A stretch of 64,000 bases of DNA from Eledone cirrhosa (lineage: Eukaryota). The stretch's first letter is position 1, and the number at the start of each line of letters is the position of its first letter. Below the pieces are notes generated by a model. The model was not told the origin of the DNA and made no database searches. It was given only the letters and a program-made list of their open reading frames with translations. Shown in pieces: positions 28,600 to 43,496 of the stretch. A program made the position numbers and the translations under genes. The stretch lies in NCBI GenBank assembly GCA_964016885.1, contig OZ024745.1, positions 49,352,001-49,416,000 of the forward strand. Reading direction: 5' to 3'.

Positions 28600-28790
28600 T
28601 CGTTTTTGCCTCTATGGAATGACCACTATTGGGGAATATCTTGTTTGATTTTTACATGTTTTCCTTGTTTTTGTTAAAACTTTTTTACCTGCTAAAAACC
28701 ACATTGTACCGCCCCGTACCGTCCTGTACCGCCCTGTATCGTCCTTAATATTTTCTCGTGTGAGCCCTGCCGGGCTAATAAAGAAATTAT
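28600..28790 (+). mobile_element. Probable LINE 3' UTR remnant (Tx1-like family)
   Basis: Ends TGTGAGCCCTGCCGGGCTAATAAAGAAAT plus (TAT)n, resembling the 3' end at 23280-23308. Confidence 0.4.
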
Positions 28791-30456
28791 TATTATTGTT
28801 GTTATTATTTTATGATGACGATGAATTCATTGCGATTTCATTGAAATTCAATGTTCATATCTTTATTAATAAATTAGGTCTAACAACACAACAGTTTGTG
28901 TTGTTATGAGCAGACTGTTTTTTTTTTTTTTATAAATAGAAATTTGTGTAGCAGGCTCTCTCAAACAGAGTAAGTATTATTACGGCTCGTCGACGGCTTT
29001 CATCCAAGCGATATTTAAATGTTGTCTTTCAACAGTTTAGTAATTGCTTTAATAAGTGGCTTAAGAAATGTAGAACATCACAACAACAATGATATCTATT
29101 GCTGGCTAAAAATAAACACATTTCATTAATTATATCTTTAGCATGCTGCTGTTTCTCCATCTATCATAATCTCAAACGCCATGTTTATGTACTTCTTACT
29201 TGAAAGTTGATGGCTATAAACTGGTTGTTTATAGACATATTGCTGATCTGCAAATAGCTTAGTAAAAAATTTATTTTATTTTTCGTCGGTGGGAAATTCA
29301 ATTACAAAACGGTAGGAATTGAATTAAAATTAGATGGGTAGGATGAATTTTATTAAATAACAGGCACTATATCCATAAATATATTTGTAAACACAGGAAA
29401 TAAGCTAATGTGATGATAGAACATTTTGATGGATTAAACAAACAATCATAGATGATTTCTAGAATCAGGTAAGGCAAATTATTTAGCATCTTATCTATGA
29501 GATATCGTAACTAACTCTAGTTAGCTCGAGAATAGAAGCTATAAACAAGACTACAATACTTGAATAATATTTTACATACGATTGATTATGACTAGTCAAA
29601 TAAACAACACTAACTGTATTCGACTCAATGGGGCAGCTTCTACATAGTGGTTCAAACTGCTAAGTTCCGTCAAACCACACCCTACCATCTTAAAAATGGA
29701 AGAATAGATTGGACTGCTTAGTCTTCCTAGAAACAATTAGTACACAACTAAAACTCTGAAGAGCACTAAAAAATGTTAAACCTTACCATCACTCCTTGTA
29801 GAAATTCTAACAGAATTATTATTATTATTATTATTATTTAACCCCATATCGAACAGACATAAGATCAAAGGTGTTACATTTATATCTTGTTTTTTTTTTT
29901 GTTATTCATTAATCACAGTAGGAAGAGCAATATAGATAACTTTTGTTGGGGTGGGGCATTCCTAAGTCGGTGGATGAATGGAAGAAAGTATCTTCAAATC
30001 AGAGATCTGAACAGAATATATTCAATATAGTGAGCTCCGCTGAAGTCACACAAGAGCGAAGTGGTTGAATTAAACAAGGTGACTGATTAGGTCTACTACA
30101 CAAGTAGGCCATATTGAGATTTGAACTCAAAACGCAAAGAACTGGAACAAAATACCAGACCGCATCTAGTCTGGCGCTCCAATAATTCCACCAATCCATC
30201 ACACTAGACTGGTACTTCACAGACCCCGAAAGGATATAAGGCATAGTTGACCAGCATAATCTCTCAGCATCCGAGCGAAATAAAGTTTGGGTTTCCCCTA
30301 ACTTAATTAACAGACATGATAGGCCAGAGGAAATTTCGCGCTTCTTCATACTTGCACCATGGGTGACTGCATCTCCTCGCACTCCTCTCTAGCTACGTCT
30401 CAGAAGTTTAGTATATAGAGCGCAGAAAGCCTAACGACTGTTAATTAACCCATATT

Positions 30457-30591
30457 CAGACCTGTCAACTCTCCCCGTCCTACGGGGAGATCTCCTACCC
30501 ATATTGTGAAAATGGGTATAGCTTTCATTATGTAAAATCTCCCCATTTTGCCTCATTTTTCATGGTAATCACTGTTTGGTTTTTAGAGGTT
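30457..30591. mobile_element. Truncated inverted copy of the 23588 MITE
   Basis: CAGACCTGTCAACTCTCCCCGTC…GGGAGATCTCC…; flanked by imperfect direct repeats of about 34 bp (GCGCAGAAAGCCTAAC-ACTGTTAAT-AACCC). Confidence 0.6.
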
Positions 30592-31324
30592 GTTTAGGGC
30601 GCAGAAAGCCTAACCACTGTTAATGAACCCCCTATTACATTATGCAATGAGCCCTTCCTATTTGAAACAAAGTACGATTTAAGATAGATTTGGCAGCTAT
30701 TTTAAGCAAATATTAGGATCATATAGAGACCTGCAGAAAACTGATGTTTCTATAATGTCGACTACCCACACAATGAATAATTTGTTACAGAAGAATCACC
30801 ATGACCCATTCACTTTAACAATGAACCAGATTACACTTTAACTGTTACTGAGAACATGAATAGAAAATGGTTCACATTAAAAATACAAAACAAAACATTT
30901 CTGAATAATTATTTGAAAAGTGAGATAACATAAATATAAACGATGGTCGTATGTATTTATGACCGATCCCCCAACAAATCACGACTCTTATTACACCATA
31001 AACACAGTGTGAGGTCATGTTGGTACTCCACCACTGTATTAAATCTCATAGCCAGGGTAACATTTCACTAAACCTACTGGAAGGGGTTGTAATTAGAGAT
31101 AAGTCATTCAAAGTCAAACAGAAACAATATGGTGAAATTAATTTCCGTTTAGTGCTTATGTGTTATTGGGTACAGATCTGATGAGAGGATACGACCACCA
31201 GTTGTGGTTAAGACACAACAGAGATAGTTCCTTTCAACAATATTTCCTTTTCCTTACATATAAACACCCACATAAACATCTGTAGCAACAAGTTCCATAT
31301 ATATGAGTGGGGGGCTGTGGGCGT

Positions 31325-31371
<47 letters not shown>

Positions 31372-31393
31372 CACACATATATATATATGTGTG

Positions 31394-31444
<51 letters not shown>

Positions 31445-31472
31445 GTATATATATACATCTATATATATGCGC

Positions 31473-31525
<53 letters not shown>

Positions 31526-31935
31526 CAGGGTCCAATCCTAATTCACCAGTACGATGAGGCGTCACTACTCTCGGTACTTTGCAATGAAACATATATATTA
31601 GACATACTGTGGTTTAATGGAGACAGTAAAATTCAACCAAACTGAAATGATAGGACTACACATGTGTTAGCATGGAAATGAACATTAAATTTGGCACGTA
31701 CTGATATAATGATATTAATGTGAGAGATGAACTGTAATTGAATGCAAGTAGTATAATACCATTTACACAGAGACGCGACAACCGGGAGAAGTAGGCCAAT
31801 ATTCTAATTTGTTTGTCCCATTGATTTATATATATATATATATATGAGGAAAAGAAATTGAAACTGGAGAGTTGCATTTTCAATTTCTTTTCCTTATATT
31901 TTTACCCGTGTGGGACATTTTAAAAACCTTACTTT

Positions 31936-32046
<111 letters not shown>

Positions 32047-32724
32047 CAACTGATGTTATTACATTGAGCTATTTATCTTACTGGTAATAAGGTAGTAATA
32101 AATTACTGACCTTCCCTGTTTATAGTTTAAAATATACGTAACTATAAATAGTATCCTTAATATTATATATATATATGGATTTCGCATCCATCAACTGGGG
32201 GTTTTTCCGTATATATATATACGCGTATATATATATATACGCGCGCGTGTGTAGGATAAAGACTCCCCTCGGTCACAAATGACCATGGGATTGGCACCGA
32301 GAAACTTCCCCATCCGAGACACAAGTCCGGGAAAGGTTTGTGAAAGACCAACAGTCGCCCATGCATGTCAGTCATGCAACAAGACAAATATGCTACCTGC
32401 AAAAATTGTGTGTTAGTGTCCATACATCTATGTATGCATGCATGCATATTTGTACGTATGTATATATGTACGTATGTACGTATGTATGTAAGTTTACTTG
32501 GTGAGGAGGGTGATTTTGGACATCCTGCAGGACAAAAAACAAAACCTGACAATGGGCAGAAGAACTCAGAAGAGTCAACGGCCATCCAAAAATGTGTAAA
32601 TATGTCTATATATATGTATGTATATGTATATATGTGTATGCATGCGTGCATGTGTATGTATATATGCGCGGGGTCATAGAAATAGTTGGGCTGGATACCC
32701 GATCGCGCGGTTAAACCACTGGGA

Positions 32725-32945
32725 GTGAAGGACCCCTAGCCTTTGTCAGGGCATTCTTCTAGGAGAAGGCAACTCAGGAAACTGGGATAACTCCGACATA
32801 AAACCTGCGGCTCAGTAGTTACCGATGATGTTGGACTTTCTTCTTTTCGAGTTATAGCTACTTTCGCTCAGAGAATGGGATTGGCTCAGTGCACAGTCTT
32901 TCCTCACTTTAAAAAAATATCTTCACGCACCGGCATTGCACGATA
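32725..32945 (+). repeat. Interspersed repeat shared with 51365-51555
   Basis: GACCCC-TAGCCTTTGTCA-GGCA--TTCTAGGAGAAGG-AA-CTCAG…CTTCACG-CAC-GGCATTG at both loci. Confidence 0.65.
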
Positions 32946-33469
32946 GAATTAATTAATAATTATTAATAATGTTATATCGTGCAATGGCCATACTCGATAA
33001 TGAGGGGGAAGCCATCATCATGTATGTATGTATTAAGTATGTATAACAGGGCTTAGAGGAGGAAAGGAAGTGCTATGAATCTCTCCAGGACCTTCGAGAC
33101 TGGCTGGAAGAAGAGAGGAAGTAATTGTCTGACCGCAACCAGGGACCGAATGCTTGCAATAGATCTAACGCTTAGCTCCAATTTCATGACATTAAATGGT
33201 TGAGAGATAAAATTACCCCTAAAAACCCTCACTAGAACGAAAGCTGATCTATTGCTGATAGCATTGGCAGGTGACTGGCAATAATTTATTCCCGAGAGTT
33301 CGTAGTACTGTAGAAGTGTAAACACATGCAGCCGTACCGGAGGAATTTTCTCACTCATTTTGTTTATACTCTTAATGCATGCATGTATGTATGTATGTAT
33401 GTATGTATGTATGTATGTATGTATGTATGTATGTATGTATGTATGTATGTATGTATGTATGTATGTATG

Positions 33470-36400
33470 TTTTGAGTTATATGTGTACACGTGCATATAT
33501 TCTCCTATCTATACATGTGTATATGCATTTATTACATGCTGAATTTCTGAAATTTTTTAATATAATTTTACATTTCCATTAATGGACGTTAATTGTAACT
33601 TCCGAACTAGCCGTGTCCTTTTTGGTTCTGTGAAACCCAATTTCTCAAGATTTGTACCGAGGCAGTTAGTAACATATGAAAGACCTCCCAATTACTACAG
33701 GTACAAATGTAAAAGTACAGTCAAGGTGGAGTATCTGCTGAGGGCAGCTGATTTCTACTACTCTGCATGTCTTCTTTTCTATTTCCTATATCATTATGTC
33801 TGCTCTGTTACGTTTGCGTTTTGTTTGGGTTTTGATTAACATTCTACGAGTACGCTTTCATATTTTGTATGCATATATTCTTCACATCACTGTAACCTTT
33901 TATACGCTTATTCTCACGGCTATCCTTTCTACATATTGCATCGTGTAGTGTTTTGGCCACTACATCATGCCTCATAAGTAGATCGTATCGTGATGATAAC
34001 TTTCGACAGCTGCTTATGTGGGTGATATCCTAAAAAAAAAAAATGTTCATTCTGCAGAGTCTGCATCCGTCGTCACATCTAGATGTTTTGTCTGCTTCCC
34101 TATTTCTTTTGTGCAACAAGTATTTCGTTGTTATTTACTGATCTTGAATTGCAAAAGCATATCCTTCAAAGTGAGAGCCAATATAGCGGTTGTTTGTCCA
34201 AGATAGACTACTTTGGTTATCTATATTACTCTCACTTTAAAACTTCTGGCAACATAGCCATGCGTGACTTTTGTTTTTTGCTGATAAACATGCATCGTTT
34301 CATCCATGGATTCATTGCGGCATTGCTATGCGATTTCCCTGGGTATGAGGTTTTGGTTATCAGACAGAGAGCTCCTTCCCAACTCACATGATGTTATCTG
34401 CCTCATGTAGACAGACTTGTTCTATAGATGGACTTCTACATTTGGAGGTTCGTAGATGTTGTTGGGGGATATGATGCGAGACTTAAATGCTGTTTGGGCA
34501 GATGTTAAGTCTCTGCCTCCCTGTTTACGTTTCAGGTAGAGGTGGTCAATGTCACTGTTGATGTGGAAATTTCCAGTGCCGGTTAGAACACTACGGATTT
34601 TAAAATCAATGGCTCGGATCTCAGCTAGCGTCCAGTCAAGTATTCCAAATGTTGTTGTTAACACAAGCACAGCAAACACATTGTGGGCTACTGATTTATT
34701 GTGCAACGAAAGTTAAGATCATATTTTTCTTATTCAGATGTGACATTGCCTGGTTACCCGTTCTTTGTTACAAATACCATCATAGGATATATTTTCATCT
34801 ATCCTTAAGTATCTGTAGGAGTCCTAGTCAGATACCGGTGAAACAATTAGGCCATTGATAGAGATGTTGCTAGATTGGCTTGTAGTTTTTCATCGTTTTA
34901 CAATCATATAGGAACATTTATCCTGGCCAAGCACCATTCCTATATCCTCCGAGAACGTCGTAACCAGGTCATGGTTTTTCTTCATACCATTTATATTCTT
35001 GGCATAAAGTTTCAGGTCATCCACAAAGAACCTGTGTTAAGTTAATGTTTCCGGCCTCCCGTGAACCAATCACATATCCCTTATGCCTTCTAAGCATAAG
35101 GACAAGAGGTTTATTGACAGTATAAATAATACCCCTGCGATATTCTAACAATATCAGTAACAATATAATCCGTCTTCTTGGTATTTAACTTCTGGATAGT
35201 GGTCCAGGAGGGAGATAGGTTCTCTATGACTCTGATAATGGTATCTTTGACTTTAGCAAGTCTCTAGCATCCAAGAGTGGAGAACAGAATCGAATGCTTT
35301 CCTGTAGTTAAACCAGACTGTAACTAAATATCTCCTGTGTCGCCATACCTCTGATAATGGAGATTTGTTAATTAGGAGTTACTCAACACACCTCCAATCT
35401 CCTTTCCTTCCAGCTGCTTGCTCGTCTGTGATGATGTTATTGTCACAGTGGTCCTGGAAGAATAGATTCGGACAGGCTGTATACATTCGGACAGGCTGTA
35501 TCTGGTATTTAATAGATCTGTAGATTTTGCCATGTGGGTATCTTTGTTATTGGGGACCAATATTGATTCTGCTAATGTCAGCCACCCTAGAACATATATA
35601 TTTCTCTTGAGAGCTTGCTAGTAAAGGCTGATAAAACACATCCGATAGGAGGTCAGTTTTTTGTACCAGTAGCCAACAATCAAGTCTCTTTCTGGTGCTT
35701 TATCTTGAAGTTTTCCTACAACAGTTTCAAGGCTATCATTATTGATGCTGTATGTTTTTGGTGTAATGCAGGAGCAGTAGTTTTCTTTAAACTACACTGC
35801 ATCCTGGTTGAATTTCTTTTTTTTTTCCTCACCCCATATTTTTCTCCAGAAGGAATCTGTCTTTCTGGGATGAGGCATCAGTGACATTAATTAGCCCCTG
35901 ATATCTCTATAGATTGATATTTGCTTTCGGCTGAATCTTTTATTAATCCTTTTCCTTTCAGCCACTCTCTTCTTATATCGGAGTTTTTCGCGTTGTTTTT
36001 AAAGTAGTGTATGTTTCTTGTGTGATGTGTATGATCTATATTGGGGGGGGGGGGGGTCGGAGACGGGGTGTAATCCGTTTCTGGGTTTTCTGTTTATGTC
36101 TGTGTAATTCGTGCGGTTTGTTTTTGTTGTTGTTGTGGGTTTGGTTGTGTTTGGGATGTTGTTGGTATCTGTTGTGGTATTGATGGTGGTGGTAGTGGTG
36201 GGGTGGCTGATGGTGAGGTTTATGTGTGGGTGTTGGCATTTGTTGCTTTAAGGCTTTAACTTATTTCTCTTTCCCACGTTTGCCTTCTTTTTTTTTGTTT
36301 TTGAGGGCGAAGCAAAGAGTTTTTTTTTAGTTTTTTCTTGTAGCAGACGGCTTGCCACTCCTTACCTTCATCACAATCCGTAGCCATCTGTATGACGAAA

Positions 36401-36880
36401 GGGAAAGGCATGTCTTCCACGGGCGTTGGTGCTGTTGTTATTTGTGATGGTAGTGTCTCTTGTGCTGTTGTTGGTGCTGAATTTGTCTTAACTACTATTG
36501 TTGTTGTTGTTGGCGGTGCTAGCGCAGTAGTTATTGTTGATGCATTTGTGGAATACTGTCGTTGTTTTTGCTTTTGTTGAGGTCGAGGTGTTGATAGTAG
36601 CGGTGGCCTCTGGTTTCCTGCCTTTTGCGGGCAGGAAGCTCTCAAGTGGCTTATCGATTTACATAGATGGCAGTTTTATTTTTTGCTTTCCGTCGGGCAG
36701 CTGTATTTGGTTCAGGAGGTTTTTCTATTTGGGCTGGCTTCATATGAAGCAGAATCTCCAGATTTATCTCAGAACAATTTTCCCTTTCGTTGCGTTTAAC
36801 TTCGAGAAGTGTGTCCAGATCTCCATATTGACATACGGCATTTCTTGGGCATTTTAAAACCTGGCGGAATCCATCCCTCT
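33470..36880 (-). mobile_element. Near-full-length decayed R4/Dong-clade LINE (RT, CCHC knuckle, restriction-like endonuclease)
   Basis: Minus-strand fragments VWFNYRKAFDSVLHSW, FFVDDLKLYA, TTTFGILDWT…DIDHLYLKRKQGGR, CRLC…ITHI-SC…RHDVVAK, CRVVEISCP and FVPVVIG; 3' end abuts (CATA)n; many stops and frameshifts. Confidence 0.85.
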
Positions 36881-36957
36881 ACAGATCTGAACACAACAGA
36901 TTTCTTCCAGAGAAAAGTATAACGTGAGAGAGTAAGTGAGAAATAGATATAGATGGA

Positions 36958-37121
36958 AGTTCGACCCCAGTATTTGACTGGTGCTTTGTATTTATCAACC
37001 CCGAAAGGATGAAAGGCAAAGTTTACCGCGGCGAGATTTGAACTCAGAGAGCTGAGAGCCAAAACGAATATCGTTAAGCATTCTATCCGACATTCTAACG
37101 ACTCTGCCACTTCGCCACCTC
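36958..37121 (-). mobile_element. SINE copy (dominant family)
   Basis: ACCCCGAAAGGATGAAAGGCAAAG…GATTTGAACTCAGA…TCTAACGACTCTGCCA. Confidence 0.8.
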
Positions 37122-37553
37122 AGAGAATAAGGTACCTGATTCTATACTAGAAACCGTGAATTATATTAACGTAACATTTTCGACATCTTCCGTTTCCGTA
37201 AGGGGCAGTCCAAAACGTTTATACAATTCACTTTTGCCGTTGGTACCGATCCGTTGCATGGTCAGTATCCTCACTAGATATATTTTTTTGTAAAAAGCTC
37301 CTTCAAAACGCGAAGATTGTGTACCTTGGTTTATATTCAAAAGATTGAGTTAAGGTATGCCGAATTGATATTTCTCACCCTAAAATGTTATCAGCTGAGA
37401 AAGTCTGCGCTCTTGAAATTAGGCCCAGGTTAACTTTACCTTTCATCCTTACAGGGTCGATAAAATAAAGTTCCAGTAATGCACTGGGTAATTGCTGGCC
37501 TTGTGCCAAAAGTAGAAACAATTATTTATTCTTTGTAAAAAAGGAACACAAAC

Positions 37554-37710
37554 CAGACCTGCCAACCTTTAAAAACCCAAACGAGGAGTACCATGAAAAA
37601 AAAGTGCCCCAAAATGAAAGCTATACCCATTTTCATAAGAGAAGACATCTCTCACCCACCCCAAAGTGGGTGGGAGATCTTCCGTCCGACGGGGAGAGTT
37701 GACAGGTCTG
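37554..37710. mobile_element. MITE, same family as 23588-23776
   Basis: TIRs CAGACCTGCCAAC/GTTGACAGGTCTG. Confidence 0.75.
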
Positions 37711-37974
37711 CAAAACGAAAGTGATATTCTGCGTTTATCGCCTCTGTTAGTATTTCTGTTATTGTCCAGACTTCACTACTAGTTGCGAACTGGGTCTAAA
37801 AATATAGGTTGCCCAGATGTAGTGGGCGCCCACCTACATTTAATTTTTTATAATGAATAAATAACGTTTTCAAAAAAGTACATAAGTGGAAACAAAACAG
37901 TGCAATCTAAATTTTTGCGGAAAAATATCTTACCTTCTCCAATAAAACTATCAGGTATTTTGCGAAATCCAGAC

Positions 37975-38423
37975 TAGAAGTCGACCCTAAATATTACTAA
38001 TAGTTCTAGGAAAGCCATGAACGACACAACATCTTTTTAACCTTGATTTTGAAAGTAGGTTTATAATTATCAATTTTCAATATACTGTTGTAGCTTCTCA
38101 GTGGCCTAGTTGGAGGAATAATAAACGGTGGCGATCTGGTCTGAAGTTCCACCCTGGTCGGGAGTAGGGTTCCCGGCAAACCTTTTCAGTTTTTTTCTAT
38201 GGGTTGTAAAATAAAAACTGAAAATGTAACTCTTGACCAGGATTGAACCCTAGGACAGGATCTCCACCGTCTCTAGTACCTACCGCTAGGCCACAGAGAC
38301 AACTACGAAAGTCTTATGAAAATTCATACTTATAAACCTACTTGCAAAATTTTCAAAACCAAGTGTTGTGATCTCGTTCATGTCTTTCTTAATGTTATTG
38401 CTCCTACTTAAGGTCGACTTCTA
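37975..38423. mobile_element. Diverged foldback of about 450 bp with a tRNA-like Pol III cassette in each arm
   Basis: Ends TAGAAGTCGACC/GGTCGACTTCTA; A boxes TGGCCTAGTTGG (38102, +) and TGGCCTAGCGG (38293, -); B box GGTTCAATCC (38249, -); each cassette followed by TTTTCAGTTTTT. Confidence 0.7.
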
Positions 38424-38887
38424 AATCATTTGGGTGTTTCATAACTACATCCTCGTTTTGTTTCTCATCTATCTAGACTACATTTTAACCTGTAATCCAT
38501 GTTTCATTCTATTCCACCTCATTTCCCACCCCCTCTCTCTCTTTCTCTCTGTGATATTTGAATTTGGGCTACTTTATTCCTATATATATGTTTTGATGCA
38601 TGTCAGTGAGATTCAAATTTACAAAGATTGGCATTATATATATATATGTATAGAGTGGCGGTCTAGGTCTAAGAATATTGGTTACCAGATGAAGGGGGCC
38701 CACTTAAATATAGAATGCTATCATTTAATTTTTATAATGAATAAATAATATTAAACAAAAATACATAAGTGGAAACAAAACAGTGCAATCAAATTTTTTG
38801 CGAAGAATGTTTTCTCCAATAAAAATATTATGTATTTTGCGAAATCCAGAGACTTTCAATAATGACTTTTGGTCTTTCACACTCACT

Positions 38888-39066
<179 letters not shown>

Positions 39067-39213
39067 CCAACGACTTTCTTTAGCCGTTGCTCGCACCAAC
39101 CAGAGGTATATGATCTTTAAAGCGATGAAATACCAATGAAGGCTGGAAGATCACTGATGAAGGACTAATTTTATTCATATGTAACCCATTTGCAACCACG
39201 CAGCACGCCATTT

Positions 39214-39257
<44 letters not shown>

Positions 39258-40531
39258 CACTAATTGATTTGACAGATGTCTTTAACCCATTGATACCAAA
39301 TGTTACTTGGTCAGTAGTTCGTGTGTAAGTATATATATATATATATATATATGCTTGTGTCTCTGTGTCTATATATATATCTTTGCATACATGAATGAAT
39401 ACACTAAGCTTTAAATTTAGTAGAACGTACAACCACTGATTCCAGCTATTTGCTCTATCGCATATTTTGGTTTCTAGTAATTACCTGGGGAATTGGTTGA
39501 CCAAATGCTTTGCTGAATTGTTTTATTTGTTTTTTATTTTATTTTATTCTTTCTCTTAGATTTCAGGTATTTTTTGAAAGCAAAGCATTGGCCCCTAAAA
39601 TACTATAGTAGGCCCTGCAATGCTACTGTGGGCTCTTACAATGCTACCCTGGGTCCCCTGGGGCCGACATGCCATTGGGCAACCTGGCAACCTGGCCATT
39701 TCCCCACTGTTCACTACTATAAAACAGAATTGTTTCAATACAAGCTTTAAAAATTAGTATTTTATTTCAACTAGTGACTGAACAATTTCAAATAAGGTGT
39801 ATGAAAAAACGATATACAGAAATTGTTTTCGAAAAGATGAGGGGCAAAGTTGATTTTTGTTATCGATCCCAGAAGAATGAAAGGCAAATTTGACGTTCGC
39901 GAAATTTGAACTAAGAATGTAAAGAGTGGCAACAAATATTCTGACGCTCTAACAACCCACCGCCCTCTCTATGAAAAAAAATATTCGTCGACCAGAGAAT
40001 ATGGTAGGGAATCCTTGCCCCAGGTGCTGCACATAGATATCGAACTCTTAACTACGTGCAAACATCCTAACTACGCAAATATACCTGTATTAGTCTACTA
40101 ATACCAAAAATAGATTCTAAAGGCCAGCAATTTCGGGAGAAGAGGAAAGTTGATTAAATCAATATTAGCACTTGACTGGGAATGTATTGTATCGACCCCG
40201 GGAGGATGAAAAGCAAAGCGGATCTTGGTGAGATTTGAACTCGGAACAAATACCTCAAAATAATATGCTCGTTACTCTAACAATTCTGCCAATCTACCGC
40301 CTTAATTAATATCAATAACTTTAGGGTATTGGAGAGGAAACGGTAACACGCTAAACTGTATCCCTTACACTGGTTAATGTTGAACTTCTATGTTCTGATC
40401 GAAATATACCTTTTACTATCGTTAAACTACATATCAGGCAGGTGTTGGAGTAAATTCAATCGACTGTAACAAGCAGAATATTCGTGGCTTTATACCAATA
40501 AAACAAATCGATGAACTTTTGACTGAATGTA

Positions 40532-40604
40532 GATCAGCTCTTAATTAATATTATGATATTTCAAGATCAAAGTAAAATATCATAATATTAATTAAGAGTT
40601 GATC
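40532..40604. repeat. Hairpin with 30-bp arms and a 13-nt loop
   Basis: GATCAGCTCTTAATTAATATTATGATATTT / AAATATCATAATATTAATTAAGAGTTGATC, one mismatch. Confidence 0.85.
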
Positions 40605-40814
40605 AACGTCAGACCGAAATTAGTTGATGTATTTTGTGAATGACCGAGAGGCCATTATGAATAGTTCAATAATGTGAAAGTATTTCCCCAAATATCGTTC
40701 TATTTTTAGCCCGTCTGTAGCATAGCAACCAATTATTAAGTACGTAATGGAATTAATATATTTTATCAATAACAGCAACAACAATATCAACACCAACAAC
40801 AACAGCAGTAATAA

Positions 40815-41395
40815 TAATTATTTTGATATTAGCCACAATGGCCGAAACATGAAGGACAATACAAAAACAGGGACAGGAGGGTTTACATAAAATCAAGTAA
40901 AAAAAGAAAACAACAAAATACATAATAAAATTCCCGAATTCACCCAGGGGTGATTTAGGATCCTCACCAATCTTAAACAACCCTACTCTCCAAGAGTACC
41001 CTACGAGGTCGTCTCTTTCCTTTACAAACTAGCCAATCTACAGGCGCATGATCGGAGTACACCCATTCACTCGGGCCATTGTCGCTACATTCACCAACAT
41101 ATTAACAAATTTACTGGGAAGGGGGGGCATTTCCCTCTCCACCCTCACCATCCTTACCAAGTGGAACTTGGAAAAGTTGATGAGGGCTTGGCCAAAGAGA
41201 AAAGTGTTTATCTTCAGTCCTTTCAGCCGAGTCGACCGCTACAGCCACCAGGTAGAGGAAACCTTTCTGCCCTTCTCAGTCACAAGAGGGCGGCGGGACG
41301 ATCTTTCCGATAGACTCAGTTGATAGCTGGATCCGTCCTACATGTGATAATAGTTGTTCAACAAAACCTCCACAAGTCAGTAATGCAGACACTGG
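40815..41395 (-). mobile_element. 3' end of an L1/Tx1-like LINE
   Basis: SRLKGLK…GQALINF…VRVERE…SKFVN..VNVATMARVNG is homologous to 22818-23308. Confidence 0.6.
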
Positions 41396-41416
41396 ACGAG
41401 TGCGTGCAGAACGGCT

Positions 41417-41890
41417 TCATCTAGTTTCTCTCAGTTCATTTATGCTTTGTCGTTCATGTACACTACTATTACACATCCATCTGAGCAAACAAGCTTCATT
41501 TCTTTCCAATCTTCGTAGGTCCTCTGCACACATTGTCCAGGTTTCACTGTCATGCAGCATTGCTGTTTGTACACAGGCTTCATACAGTCTACCTTTCATT
41601 TTGAAGGAAAAACATTTTGATGCTACCCGAACTTTTTCCATCCCATTCTCACTACTATCTTTTTAGAACATCCACCTCCACTGCTAACTTGATCACCTAG
41701 GTAATAGAAACTTCCAACTACTTCTACGGAGCCCTCTGGGCATTTAAAGGGGTTAGTTTTGTGAGCTCTTGCTACGTATTACTCTTGTGCGTCTACCACA
41801 TACAAAACCTACGTACTTTGTTAGCCTGCTTGAAATCCCCCTTCGTCTCTTGTGTGCTCATAGTTAGCATTTGAGACATAACATCATCTT
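41417..41890 (-). mobile_element. RTE-clade LINE fragment downstream of the RT core
   Basis: VEVVGSFYYLGDQVSSGGGC…KMKGRLYEACVQTAMLHDSETW…LERNE..LLRWMC. Confidence 0.85.
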
Positions 41891-43249
41891 GATACTTCTA
41901 TAGTTTTCTCTATCTAATGCATCTCCTTTGCCTTTGTAGCAGCTGACGATGATTCTGCTATGTCAGTCATTGTGTATATCACCATTTTGTATTACTTAGT
42001 TTACAATACGGATGGCCAAGGTGTAACCCACCATCCCAGATGCTTTCAGCATCTCGGTAACTATCCCGGTGCTCCACAAAGAAGAAACTGTCTTCTAATT
42101 CATGTATCTATCTCCATAGATGATAATATATCTATAACAGAATGGTGAAACTATCCAAATATTTAGAGATATAAATAACCCGAATGTGGATAATCAGAAA
42201 CAGTCCCTATAATAATAGGTGTTCTGGGCATGATATAAAAACACACAGACAGATACATAACCTAAACTCCAGGACTTACAAATAAATACAGCATACAGAA
42301 AATGGCACTTTAACCATTGCATACATATTATGAAGAATATTCTCAATACAATAGAAATAACAACACCAAAAGCAACACTGCACACACCCAAGGCACACAG
42401 AACTGTGTTAGGTAACGCAGTGATGACTAAAAATAGGATCATTTCTACATTTGGCAAAAGGTCAGCAATTTGAAGGGAGTGGGAAGTCGATTTAAATCGA
42501 CCCATTACGTTACGGGTGCTTTATTTTATTGACCCCGGAAGGTTGAAATGCAAAATTGACTTTGGTGGAATTTGAACTCGGGATGCAAAGACCCTGAGAA
42601 AATACAATTATGATAAAAATAAAAAGTTTATGAAATAGATATAGTTGCATTGCATGAGTTATACACATACAAACATAGGCGTATGCAAATACACATATAC
42701 ATTCACGCATACACACACATATGTACAGATACACACGCATATATATATATATATAAATATTTCCGTTACTCTTAATATTATGTAAATCAGCCATATCCTG
42801 TGCAAAGCCTAACTCTATTTTCGGAGGCATTACATTTTTTTTTTCTGTTTTCTTTTATCTTGTTATATATCTTTACAGTTATATGTTTTCAGTATTAAAT
42901 TTCACTTGAGGAAACATCTGGCTCCTTTCTGTCGATTTAAATCTATCTTGTGCAATATTGCAGCAGCTATAACGGGAGGTACGTCTGATTCAGCAAGCAA
43001 TGAGTGGCGGTGAAAAGTGGTCAAAGAAATTTAGGAGAAACCCGGAAACAGAAGAGACAAGCAGAAAATGACAGAGATACAAAATATACAAAGAAAAGAA
43101 TGGTATACTAGTAAACGAGTAAATAAGGAAAGCACAAGAAATATTACACGTTGACATATAAACACTTCCGGTTCCACTTATATATACTGTATATTAATAT
43201 GAATGCATGTGTGTATGCGTATATATATATATATATATGTGTGTGTCTG

Positions 43250-43295
<46 letters not shown>

Positions 43296-43496
43296 TATCT
43301 GTCTGTTTGTCTGTGTGTATACATATTTTCTTGTGTGGCATATCTAAGTCTACCGCATGTATACAAACATACACATACAAATACACACACATATGCACAT
43401 AGATGAGAATCTAACAAGCTGCATGCTGTCTCTGGGGGTTTATCTGGCTCAAGGTCACAAGTATAGACACCTAAACTTAATACTGATTTGTTGTCT

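Noticed and set aside
39150-39190. CTGATGA in a TA-flanked island (similar cores at about 3069, 31178 and 47106)
   Set aside because: No correctly placed GAAA/UH, or no stem I pairing
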